Assembly (NCBI GenBank): GCA_043825875.1
Contig: JBDRRF010000076.1
Coordinates: 1-64,000, forward strand
Direction of reading: 5' to 3'
Origin: Pseudomonadota bacterium
GTDB taxonomy: Bacteria > Desulfobacterota > Desulfobacteria > Desulfobacterales > RPRI01
Length of the DNA stretch: 64,000 bases
The notes under the pieces were generated by a model. It made no database searches. It worked only from the letters and a program-made list of their open reading frames with translations, and was not told the origin of the DNA. The number at the start of each line of letters is the position of its first letter. The stretch's first letter is position 1. A program made the position numbers and the translations under genes. Of the stretch, positions 20,686 through 29,030 are shown one piece after another.

Positions 20686-21110
20686 TCCACTTGAAGAAGT
20701 ATTTCCATAACTTTATTATATGTATCAACAAGGAGACGACCACACAAATTAGGGTCCGGCACGCTTGTTTCTTCTCCTATTATATCCTTGCATGAAATCC
20801 CACTGTAAGAAGCACGGGCTGTTTGCTCAAACCATTCGCTCAGTTCGGAATACATCAAAGGCAGTTTTTCATTTTCTTTTTCACTGTCTTCTCCTTTTGC
20901 ACCATACAATGCAAGTATGCAGGCTGCGCCTGTAAAAACTCCGCAGGCATTACCGCTACCGGCCCCACCCATGCAAAGACCTGCCATTGACCGAACAAGA
21001 TCGGAATTTGTTTTGCCTTGTGCTTCCAATGCAAGGATAATCAACACCTGGCTGCAACAATAACCGCTGCCTGCCAGCTGAAGTATTCTGAAAGCAGTTT
21101 CATCTATCAT
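20661..21110 (-). CDS. C-GCAxxG-C-C family redox protein (DVU_1555-like)
   Basis: GYCCSQ, CGVFTGA, SC..I, C..L motifs. Confidence 0.8.
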   Translation of the reverse strand: MIDETAFRILQLAGSGYCCSQVLIILALEAQGKTNSDLVRSMAGLCMGGAGSGNACGVFTGAACILALYGAKGEDSEKENEKLPLMYSELSEWFEQTARASYSGISCKDIIGEETSVPDPNLCGRLLVDTYNKVMEILLQVEQPPGPLC

Positions 21111-21136
21111 TATGTACTTCTCCTTTGGAGAAAGGG

Positions 21137-21170
21137 GGCCAGGATTCGAGGATTCAAGGGTTCAAGGGTT
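21137..21170. repeat. Octamer (GGRTTCRA-like) tandem run, inverted relative to 21947-21980
   Basis: GGATTCGA GGATTCAA GGGTTCAA GGGTT. Confidence 0.7.
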
Positions 21171-21177
21171 TTTGATG

Positions 21178-21888
21178 TCAAGCCAAAATCCTTCGTTTTT
21201 TTCGTGCAATCATCAAAATATATCCGGGCTTGGAATCACGCACAGATTGCTTGTCACATAAAGTGCAATTACCCGGCAACATTATATTCATAAGCATATC
21301 AAATGAGCCCAGCTCCCACACTATTTTGGCAGTAAGCTGCGCCAGAGCATCTGAGTGATCCTCCCACAACAGCACATCAAATCCACAGCATTTTACTTGT
21401 TCGATAAGTGCATCGCGTCCCACTGCACCGGATAAACATGAAACCGGATCAGAGGAAATACTGTTTGGCTGCTTTTCCGGATTTCTTAAGTAAATATCTG
21501 AAATAACCAAAAACCCTGATTTTGTTAACACCCTGCAAAATTCATTCATGGCTTTACTTCGATAAGATAACAAAGAAAGCACACATTCACAAAATACTCC
21601 GCTAAAACTACCGGTCGCAAATGGCAGCTCTTTAGCGTTTGATTGCACAAATGAGAAATCACCGGAAAACCCGGAAACATTAAGATCGATACCATAAACC
21701 GCACTGCCATAATTTTGGTGAAGATATTTAAGAGTTGCCCCAAAACCGCAACCAATATCTATAATTTTATCGTTTGCACAAAACCCACAGTAATCAGCTG
21801 CTCTTTCAGTAAGAGTCAAACCTCCCGGCCTTAATGCATCACCGATAATTGAACGTAATTCAGAAGCTATGACGTAAGGCATAAGCAA
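21178..21888 (-). CDS. Class I SAM methyltransferase (DVU_1556/TrsM-like)
   Basis: LRPGGLTLT, IDIGCGFG, CECVLS, SCLSGA, PGY. Confidence 0.8.
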   Translation of the reverse strand: MLMPYVIASELRSIIGDALRPGGLTLTERAADYCGFCANDKIIDIGCGFGATLKYLHQNYGSAVYGIDLNVSGFSGDFSFVQSNAKELPFATGSFSGVFCECVLSLLSYRSKAMNEFCRVLTKSGFLVISDIYLRNPEKQPNSISSDPVSCLSGAVGRDALIEQVKCCGFDVLLWEDHSDALAQLTAKIVWELGSFDMLMNIMLPGNCTLCDKQSVRDSKPGYILMIARKKRRILA

Positions 21889-21946
21889 ATAAAGATATTT
21901 AGGAGTTCAGAACACATATTATTTATAAGCCTATTAACGGCCTTTT

Positions 21947-22019
21947 CCTTGAACCCTTGACCCCTCGAATCCTTGAACCCTATTATACAACTGGGTTCCG
22001 GCTTTCGAGATGGTATGAC
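21947..22019. repeat. Inverted octamer run followed by a degenerate CTGGATTCC..GGAATGAC-type REP
   Basis: CCTTGAAC CCTTGACC CCTCGAAT CCTTGAAC; CTGGGTTCCGGCTTTCGAGATGGTATGAC at 21991-22019. Confidence 0.6.
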
Positions 22020-22063
22020 AGAATGCTCAAGTTAGAACTTATAATGGGATACAGACTCATCAT

Positions 22064-22276
22064 TCATTTATCTTCAAGAAGTTGCTCTACTTCCGCCATT
22101 TTTCCCAGAGCAAGCTCTTCGGAGATAAAAACAAAACCGCACTGCGGGCACATAGGGAGCTGGGCTTTTATCTTGTTTCCCATATACATTAATGTTGCAG
22201 TATCTACAGATAAAAAGATATCGCATTTATTGCATTTCCATTTTAAATCATCTGGATTGGCATAATTGTTTTTCAT
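22064..22276 (-). CDS. Small CxxC-CxxC redox protein (DVU_1557-like)
   Basis: WKCNKC, CPQCG, GKMAEVEQLLEDK. Confidence 0.8.
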   Translation of the reverse strand: MKNNYANPDDLKWKCNKCDIFLSVDTATLMYMGNKIKAQLPMCPQCGFVFISEELALGKMAEVEQLLEDK

Positions 22277-22278
22277 TG

Positions 22279-24549
22279 CTATTCCCTACCAGAAACTACC
22301 ATACGGTGGCTGTATGCATTATAGATTTCAAATCCATCATCAAAAGGCATGTATTCCACCCAAAAAGTTGTATTGTATACTTTCAATGAGGCTTTATAAC
22401 GACCGTTTTCAGGATTAAAAAACTTCTGGCCACTTTTTTCGGAATGCTGTATTACTTGTTGTAAATCCGTTTCAAGTATTCTGCGATCCTCCAAAATCTG
22501 CCATACTTGGGAAGATATATTTAAAACAACTTTATTTTGATTCTGTTTTTCTCCCGGATCTTTTTTCCAAAGCTCTTTGAGCAAATCGTCTTTTAAACGC
22601 AACCGGTTATCCTGCCGCTGAGACCAACCCGGCCTTTTTCTTGCGGCAGGATCAGGCTCGCTGTTTTCGGGAAAGAGCAGATCCAATATATGAAGCGTTC
22701 GCTTTCCTGCTCCGGCAAGGTTATCCCTGCATACTGCACAATATGCAATGTAATCATCATCACTTTGCCCGGCCAGCCGTTTTATAACGGTTTTAGCCAA
22801 ATCCGGATTAGCATTTTGCATCAAACCGCCAAAACCGCAGCATTCGGCATACTCACTTTTTGCTGTCAGTTCGGAAAAAGGCTGCCCTATCTTTTGCAAC
22901 AGATTACGAACACTCGATTGTAAAGTTGTCTCATAACGTGTAGTACACGGATCATGCAATGCACAAAAAGCTTCGGAATTTATAATGCCGGCACCGCCTG
23001 GCAGCCCGGTTTCATCAAGAATGGTCCATAGCGATACTATATCAGCTTCATCAAGATATGTCTTAAACATCTTATAACAGGTAGAACAAGCCAATACAAT
23101 CTGAGGTTTGCCAAGTTCTGTCCACTTGTTCTGCAAAATCGAAAATTCTTTTTCAAAACCATCTTCTTCTCCTGCCCAAAACGCCGGGGCATTGCAACAT
23201 CCAAGAAAAAGGCCCACTCCACCTGTAAGCGTATCTCTTAAATGCGCATAAACGTTTTTTACTTTTTCAGGAGAAGAGGCGCAAAGCTGACATCCGGGGA
23301 AAAAAACATATGCGCTTGATTCATATCCCGGTTCATGCAAAGCCATCGCAAACCGGTCACTGTTGCTAAACTGCATATCAAGCAGCGCAAACTCATGAGC
23401 CGATACAGGCATCTTGCCTTTTTGAACCATATTTCTTCGCGCCTCAAGGCAAAGTGCCTGCATTGCAAAATTTTCCGGGCACACAGCTTCACATAATCCG
23501 CAAAGGCTGCATGAATTAACCAGTTTATTGGCCTGGCGCGGCCCCATTACAATGGATGCATTATTATAGATTTCTCTTGCATATTTTCGGGGATAAGAGC
23601 CGTATTTTTCAAGATAGGAACAGGCCTTGACGCATTCAAGACACTCGCATTGCAGGCAGCGGCCTGCTTCTTTAATCGCCTCATCACTAGTATAACCCGA
23701 TTTGGCATCATTGGGTTTTACTGCCGGAACATGAGAAATATCATCAATATTAGTATAAAGCCTTGTTTCAAAAGGTCCTTCTTTTTCCCTTCCCGCAGTT
23801 TGTGAGACTTTTTGCAAAAAACGGTCTATGGAAGTTGCAGCCCAGCGGCCTTCGGCAGCTTGCCATACCGGAGATTTATTATCATATTTTAAAAAGCCTC
23901 TTGTAAAAACATTCTCCCACTCTGAAAAATAGTTGGACAAACCTTTAAAATCCGGTCCCAGGCATACGGCATCAAAGCGGGCCAAAAGATCTTTAAGAAA
24001 ATCTTTATCATCAAATGAATAATTTAGTACTGTTTCCACACCCAATGAAAACAGTATTTCAATTTCTTGATTTACTACATCATGCGGTAATATCTCTTCT
24101 GGTATTGAAAGAAGATCATCAGCCAGTTTTGTGCTGTCCTCAAATATTATTACCTTATAACCTTTGCGTGAAAGATCCCAGGCTGCTGTAAGAGCGCTCA
24201 ATCTGCTTCCTGCAACTGCTATGCGATGATCTTTTTTCGGCAGAGCCATAATTTTTAGCTTAGGCGCCTGTACCTTTACACAGGCACGCTCCAGCATTCC
24301 GATTTCAATCGCCTGTCCTGCCTCTTTGCGTTTACATCGATCTTTACAGGGCGCATCGCATATACGGCTTAAAATACCCGGAAAAGGCATGGTTTTTCTT
24401 AAAGTCTTCCATGCTTCTTCCCATTTTCCTTTAGATACATTGGCCACAAAAGAGCGGACATCTATATGGATAGGACAGGCAGCCATACATTCGGGCGGTT
24501 CATCCTGAATGCATTTATTTTCAAGTAGTCTTAATTCTTTTTGATCCAT
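22279..24549 (-). CDS. FAD/Fe-S oxidoreductase with 4Fe-4S dicluster and CCG domains (DVU_1558-like); start MDQKEL
   Basis: PECMAACP, RICDAPC, RCLQCECLECVKAC, CSLCGLCEAVCP, FFPGC, HDPC, CCGFGG. Confidence 0.8.
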   Translation of the reverse strand: MDQKELRLLENKCIQDEPPECMAACPIHIDVRSFVANVSKGKWEEAWKTLRKTMPFPGILSRICDAPCKDRCKRKEAGQAIEIGMLERACVKVQAPKLKIMALPKKDHRIAVAGSRLSALTAAWDLSRKGYKVIIFEDSTKLADDLLSIPEEILPHDVVNQEIEILFSLGVETVLNYSFDDKDFLKDLLARFDAVCLGPDFKGLSNYFSEWENVFTRGFLKYDNKSPVWQAAEGRWAATSIDRFLQKVSQTAGREKEGPFETRLYTNIDDISHVPAVKPNDAKSGYTSDEAIKEAGRCLQCECLECVKACSYLEKYGSYPRKYAREIYNNASIVMGPRQANKLVNSCSLCGLCEAVCPENFAMQALCLEARRNMVQKGKMPVSAHEFALLDMQFSNSDRFAMALHEPGYESSAYVFFPGCQLCASSPEKVKNVYAHLRDTLTGGVGLFLGCCNAPAFWAGEEDGFEKEFSILQNKWTELGKPQIVLACSTCYKMFKTYLDEADIVSLWTILDETGLPGGAGIINSEAFCALHDPCTTRYETTLQSSVRNLLQKIGQPFSELTAKSEYAECCGFGGLMQNANPDLAKTVIKRLAGQSDDDYIAYCAVCRDNLAGAGKRTLHILDLLFPENSEPDPAARKRPGWSQRQDNRLRLKDDLLKELWKKDPGEKQNQNKVVLNISSQVWQILEDRRILETDLQQVIQHSEKSGQKFFNPENGRYKASLKVYNTTFWVEYMPFDDGFEIYNAYSHRMVVSGRE

Positions 24550-24559
24550 GATAAAAATA

Positions 24560-24661
24560 GGGTTCAAGGATTCAAGGGGGCAGGGGGAAAAGAATAGAGA
24601 CGCAAAATTTTGCGTCTCTACACAACCACTTGAACCCTCGAAACCTTGAACCCTCGAACCC
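24560..24661. repeat. Inverted octamer runs enclosing a perfect REP-like palindrome
   Basis: GGGTTCAAGGATTCAAGG .. TAGAGACGCAAAATTTTGCGTCTCTA .. TTGAACCCTCGAAACCTTGAACCCTCGAACCC. Confidence 0.7.
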
Positions 24662-24669
24662 TTCTTTTT

Positions 24670-27387
24670 TTATTTTTTCAAACCTGCCAGAACTTTTTCA
24701 GGTAAAGCAGGAAGTTTGGTAATTCTGACACCTGTCGCATTTGCAATCGCATTTATAATCGCAACGTGAGATGATGTCAGGGGAAGTTCTCCCACACCGG
24801 CCGCACCAAATGGCCCGTGTTCACGCGGAGTTTCCACATAATGAATATCAATTGAATCAGGAACGTCTTTGATATAAGGAAGTCCGCAAGCATTTAAGCT
24901 TGTATGCTTTTTCAGATCTTCAAAATCTTCAGACAAGGCAAGGCCGATACCCTGAGCAACTCCACCGTAAATCTGGCCGTCAACTGCAAGGCGGTTGTTT
25001 ATCTTACCTACATCGGCAACTACCGTGAATTTATCGACATGAGTTTTGCCTGTATCTGTTTCTACGGTAACTTCGGCCATAAAAACGCCATACATATATA
25101 CTGAAAACGGTGATCCCTGGGCATTTTCATCACAGGGCGTACATACGGAAGCCGTCCATGTACCGGAATATTTAAGTGGAATATTTTCAGCCACCATTTC
25201 ATCATATGTACGGTAAGATCCGTCAGCTTTGCGCATCGCATTTAACAGCATTTCGCAACCGTTTTTAATTGCGTTTCCTGTTACTACCTGCTGCCTGCTT
25301 CCGCCAGACGGCCCGCTGTTTGGAACTAATGCCGTGTCATTCATCACAAGTTTGATCTTATCCGGTGTAATTCCCAAAGGCAAAAGCGCCTCATGGCAAG
25401 TGCCGAGTGCGCCGATATCGGCTCCCTGCCCGTGATCTTCCCAAGCGGAGCTTAAGGTTATACCATCTTTGGTTAATTCAACGACTATTTCGGATGCATC
25501 CGGTCCATCAAGACCGCATCCGTAAATGCCGATTGAAACACCTACACCCTTTTTCTTATCAGGCTTGGATGCCTTTTGGGCTTTTTCTACTGCTTTTTTA
25601 TACAATGGCCTAAGTTTATCAATCATTTCGGAAAGGCTTAATACATCAGGAGTCTGACCGGTGGGAGTTGTATCTCCTTCTCGATAAACATTGATACTAC
25701 GAAGTTCAAGAGGATCCATTCCGATCTTCGCAGCCAGTTCATCCATAAGGCTTTCAGAAGCAAAAAAGCTCTGAGGCGAACCATAAGATCTGAAAGCTGA
25801 ACCCCATGCATGGTTTGTACATACTGTCCTTCCCACACCTCTGATATTCGGAATTCCGTACCCTGCTCCTATAAACTGTGCTCCACGAAGAGTAAGAAGA
25901 TCGCCAAACTCCGAATACGGGCCATGATCAACGCTCCAGTCACTTTCCATGGCAAGAAGTTTACCATTGTTATCGGCACCTAATTTAAGATTAACAAAGA
26001 AGGGAGAACGTTTTCCGGTATAAGTTATATGCTGGAAATAATCATATTTTAATGTAACCGGTTTATTTACCGCTAAAGCTGCAACACCGAGTAATGCCTC
26101 CATGGTGGGGCTGAACTTGTATCCAAAAGTTCCGCCTGAAGGGTTTTGAACAATTCTGAGTTTTTCCGGCTCAACACCCAGCCCCGGGCATATCATTGCA
26201 TGGTGAAGATGTATGCCGATGCTTTTGGAATGTATTGTTAGCCTTTCTTCTTCATCAAAATATGCAAATCCGACATCGGGTTCCATGGTCAGATGGGGCT
26301 GACGCTGCAGATAATAGTCATTTTCAACCGTATGTGCCGCCGAACTCATAATAGGCGCTGTTTCATCACCTTTGGCAATTTTTTGTTCAAAATAAATATT
26401 TGGCGTTCCGGGATGGATTTCTATGGCATCTTCCGCCATAGCCGCAGGAGCGCTCATATAAGCGGGAAGCTCTTCAAGATCTACTTTAACTTTTTCTGCC
26501 GCTGCTTTAGCATTTGCTTCCGTATCTGCTGCAACAATAGCAATGGCATCTCCGAACTGAAATATTTTTCCATCACAAAGTATAGGACGATCCCAACCAT
26601 CACCTTTATTTGTAGGAAATGTAATCAAGCCGGTAATCCGGTTTTTGCCCTTAACATCTTTGTGAGTAATGACCTTAACCACTCCGGGCATTTTTTCAGC
26701 TTCAAAAGTATCAATGGAAAGAATTTTTGCATGTGAGGTTTTAGCCTGAACAAGTGCAAGCCTGAGTGTGCCGACAGGCATTTTAAGACCTGTATCAGCT
26801 CCAAAGTCCGTAACACCGGCAACTTTTGCAATTGCACTGGGACGCGGATATTTGCTCCCCCAAATCCTGTTATCGGCAGGCATTTTAAAAGCAAGATCAT
26901 CTTCGCTCAGTTCACCGCGCAAAACTTTTGCAGCATCCATAACAGCATCAACAAGAGGTTTGTAACCTGTACAACGGCAGGCATTTCTGTGTTTCTGGAA
27001 CCAGTCTCTTGCATCATCTCTTGAAGGACTCTGGTTTGTATCCAAAAGACCTTTAGCCGAAACAATAAATCCGGGACTGCAAAAACCGCATTGGGCTCCG
27101 CCATTTACTGTCCAGGAAAGCTGAAGTGGATGGAGTTTTTCAGGACTACCTATTCCCTCAATTGTGGTAATGCAGGCATCTTCAGGTACTCTGCCCATTT
27201 TTGTGACACAAGACCGAACAACCTTTCCATCCATTATAACCGAACATGAACCGCATTGCCCCTGTCCGCAACCAACTTTTGTTCCTGTAAGCTTCAACTG
27301 TTCACGCAATGTATCTGCCAGTGTTGTACCAGGGTCAGCTACAACCATCATTGTTTTTCCATTAATACATATATTCTTTTTTATCAT
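24670..27387 (-). CDS. mop: Molybdopterin-dependent aldehyde oxidoreductase (xanthine oxidase family, Mop-like)
   Basis: GTKVGCGQGQCGSC, QCGFCSPG, CRCTGY, GGTFG, SGGSRQ, GVGELP; RBS GGAGG before ATG 27387. Confidence 0.9.
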   Translation of the reverse strand: MIKKNICINGKTMMVVADPGTTLADTLREQLKLTGTKVGCGQGQCGSCSVIMDGKVVRSCVTKMGRVPEDACITTIEGIGSPEKLHPLQLSWTVNGGAQCGFCSPGFIVSAKGLLDTNQSPSRDDARDWFQKHRNACRCTGYKPLVDAVMDAAKVLRGELSEDDLAFKMPADNRIWGSKYPRPSAIAKVAGVTDFGADTGLKMPVGTLRLALVQAKTSHAKILSIDTFEAEKMPGVVKVITHKDVKGKNRITGLITFPTNKGDGWDRPILCDGKIFQFGDAIAIVAADTEANAKAAAEKVKVDLEELPAYMSAPAAMAEDAIEIHPGTPNIYFEQKIAKGDETAPIMSSAAHTVENDYYLQRQPHLTMEPDVGFAYFDEEERLTIHSKSIGIHLHHAMICPGLGVEPEKLRIVQNPSGGTFGYKFSPTMEALLGVAALAVNKPVTLKYDYFQHITYTGKRSPFFVNLKLGADNNGKLLAMESDWSVDHGPYSEFGDLLTLRGAQFIGAGYGIPNIRGVGRTVCTNHAWGSAFRSYGSPQSFFASESLMDELAAKIGMDPLELRSINVYREGDTTPTGQTPDVLSLSEMIDKLRPLYKKAVEKAQKASKPDKKKGVGVSIGIYGCGLDGPDASEIVVELTKDGITLSSAWEDHGQGADIGALGTCHEALLPLGITPDKIKLVMNDTALVPNSGPSGGSRQQVVTGNAIKNGCEMLLNAMRKADGSYRTYDEMVAENIPLKYSGTWTASVCTPCDENAQGSPFSVYMYGVFMAEVTVETDTGKTHVDKFTVVADVGKINNRLAVDGQIYGGVAQGIGLALSEDFEDLKKHTSLNACGLPYIKDVPDSIDIHYVETPREHGPFGAAGVGELPLTSSHVAIINAIANATGVRITKLPALPEKVLAGLKK

Positions 27388-27719
27388 AGTAAAACTTTCC
27401 TCCTTTAAATTTATTTTCATAAATGCAGGATCTTATAATCATGATAAGTTCTATTTTGAGTAGTATTAAGATACGACAATGCTGTCAGGGTGCTTTTTAT
27501 TAGTCCGTCAATAACAGCAGGAAAAGAATTACATGTAGTATATCTGCCAGCAATGGCATATGTCAGAAATGTCATTAAAACAAGCGCCCCAATATGTCAA
27601 GCATTTAATCGTAAATACATATTTAATACTTGAATATTAGATAGCTATTAGCTTTTTGGATAAATTTAGGCAGTTTCTTGTTTTAGCGAGAATTGCTGGA
27701 TGGTCGTGAAAAAAAATAT

Positions 27720-27806
27720 ATCATCGGAGATAGTAAATGGAAAGCTGGAAAAATCTTTTAAAGTTTTCACTAAATTGCTTTAAAAAACGGCCATAAGATT
27801 TTTATA
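27720..27806 (-). pseudogene. 87-bp diverged copy of part of the CoA ligase gene (18582-18668)
   Basis: Gapless alignment with 11 mismatches by eye, including an in-frame GAA>TAA. Confidence 0.8.
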
Positions 27807-27871
27807 AGCACCACCACATTACAAGGTGTTCCCGGTTTTTTTTAAGTTTAAACAGGAAAGTCATAAATTTT

Positions 27872-28921
27872 TTAGCCTTCACAAACAACACGATTACGAC
27901 CACTTTGCTTTGCCATATATAGTCTTTTATCAGCAAGCTCAATAAGTTTGTGGGTTTCTAATATTTCCAGCTCTTCTGCTGATGCAAGACCTATGGATAT
28001 GGTTACTTTAATAAGCTGGCCGTTATATATAAAATCCGTATTTTCAACTTTTTTCCGTAATCGTTCTGCAAACACCCGACCACTATGGATATTTCCATGC
28101 GATATGGTGTAAAACTCTTCACCTCCATATCTGCCGATTTCATCTTCTACACGTTTCATAGATGTCATAACTTCAGCGATATTGGCAAGAACATAGTCTC
28201 CTGCCTGATGACCATAAGTATCATTAACCAATTTAAAACGGTCGATATCAATCATTGAAAAAATAAAATCATTTAAATGGTTTCTGTTTATCTGGCCGAT
28301 ATTTATTTCAAAAATTCTATGAAGGATTTTTCTGTTGGGAAGTTTTGTCAGTTCATCAAAGTAACCTATCTTTTCAAGCAAATCCTTTTGCTCCATTTCC
28401 TTTGTTACATCAGTAAGACATCCAAGTGAAATACAGATATTGCCCTTTGAAAAGGTTTCGATATTAGCCTGGTCTTTAAGCCATTTAATATTATTATTTT
28501 TAAGGGCAATCTTATAAACAGCTTCTACAAAACCTGTCTGTTTACTTTCTTCCCGCAACCCGTCCTGCCAACCTTGCAGTTCCTTTCCCGGTATAATTTC
28601 TTCCTTAATCTCATTATTTAAATCCTTATATTTATAAACCCGGCGGTCAATAATTCGCTTGCGGAAAACATCGGCTATTTCATTATAATCACATTCAAGT
28701 AATTTAACGAATTTTGCTCCTGCGAATTCATACCAGATAATTCTTTCATTTTCATTCCATGCAGCAATATATGGAATCACCGGAGCACCTGAATCTTCAA
28801 ATGCCTTAAAGGCCATGATATATCCGGCTACTTTTTCCTTGATTTTAGGAGAATAATTACCCTCTAATATTCTGCCGTAATAATGTTGAACAGGGGGATT
28901 GGGTTGATTATTAACGCTCAT
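27872..28921 (-). CDS. Diguanylate cyclase with PAS-like N-terminus
   Basis: DELTKLPNR, DIDRFK.VNDTYGH, RYGGEEF, AKQSGRN; RVED I-site. Confidence 0.9.
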   Translation of the reverse strand: MSVNNQPNPPVQHYYGRILEGNYSPKIKEKVAGYIMAFKAFEDSGAPVIPYIAAWNENERIIWYEFAGAKFVKLLECDYNEIADVFRKRIIDRRVYKYKDLNNEIKEEIIPGKELQGWQDGLREESKQTGFVEAVYKIALKNNNIKWLKDQANIETFSKGNICISLGCLTDVTKEMEQKDLLEKIGYFDELTKLPNRKILHRIFEINIGQINRNHLNDFIFSMIDIDRFKLVNDTYGHQAGDYVLANIAEVMTSMKRVEDEIGRYGGEEFYTISHGNIHSGRVFAERLRKKVENTDFIYNGQLIKVTISIGLASAEELEILETHKLIELADKRLYMAKQSGRNRVVCEG

Positions 28922-29030
28922 GCGAGTGCCTCCGATAAAAAATGAGTGTTCAGGATAAAAAATAAAAACATATAATTGTGTTTGATTATCCTGCCTTCAA
29001 GCAAATTGTCAATACCTAAAGGGCAGCTAT

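Noticed and set aside
27720..27806. Possible DGR template repeat for 18582-18668
   Set aside because: No reverse transcriptase in the window, target is N-terminal, and mismatches are not confined to sense-strand adenines
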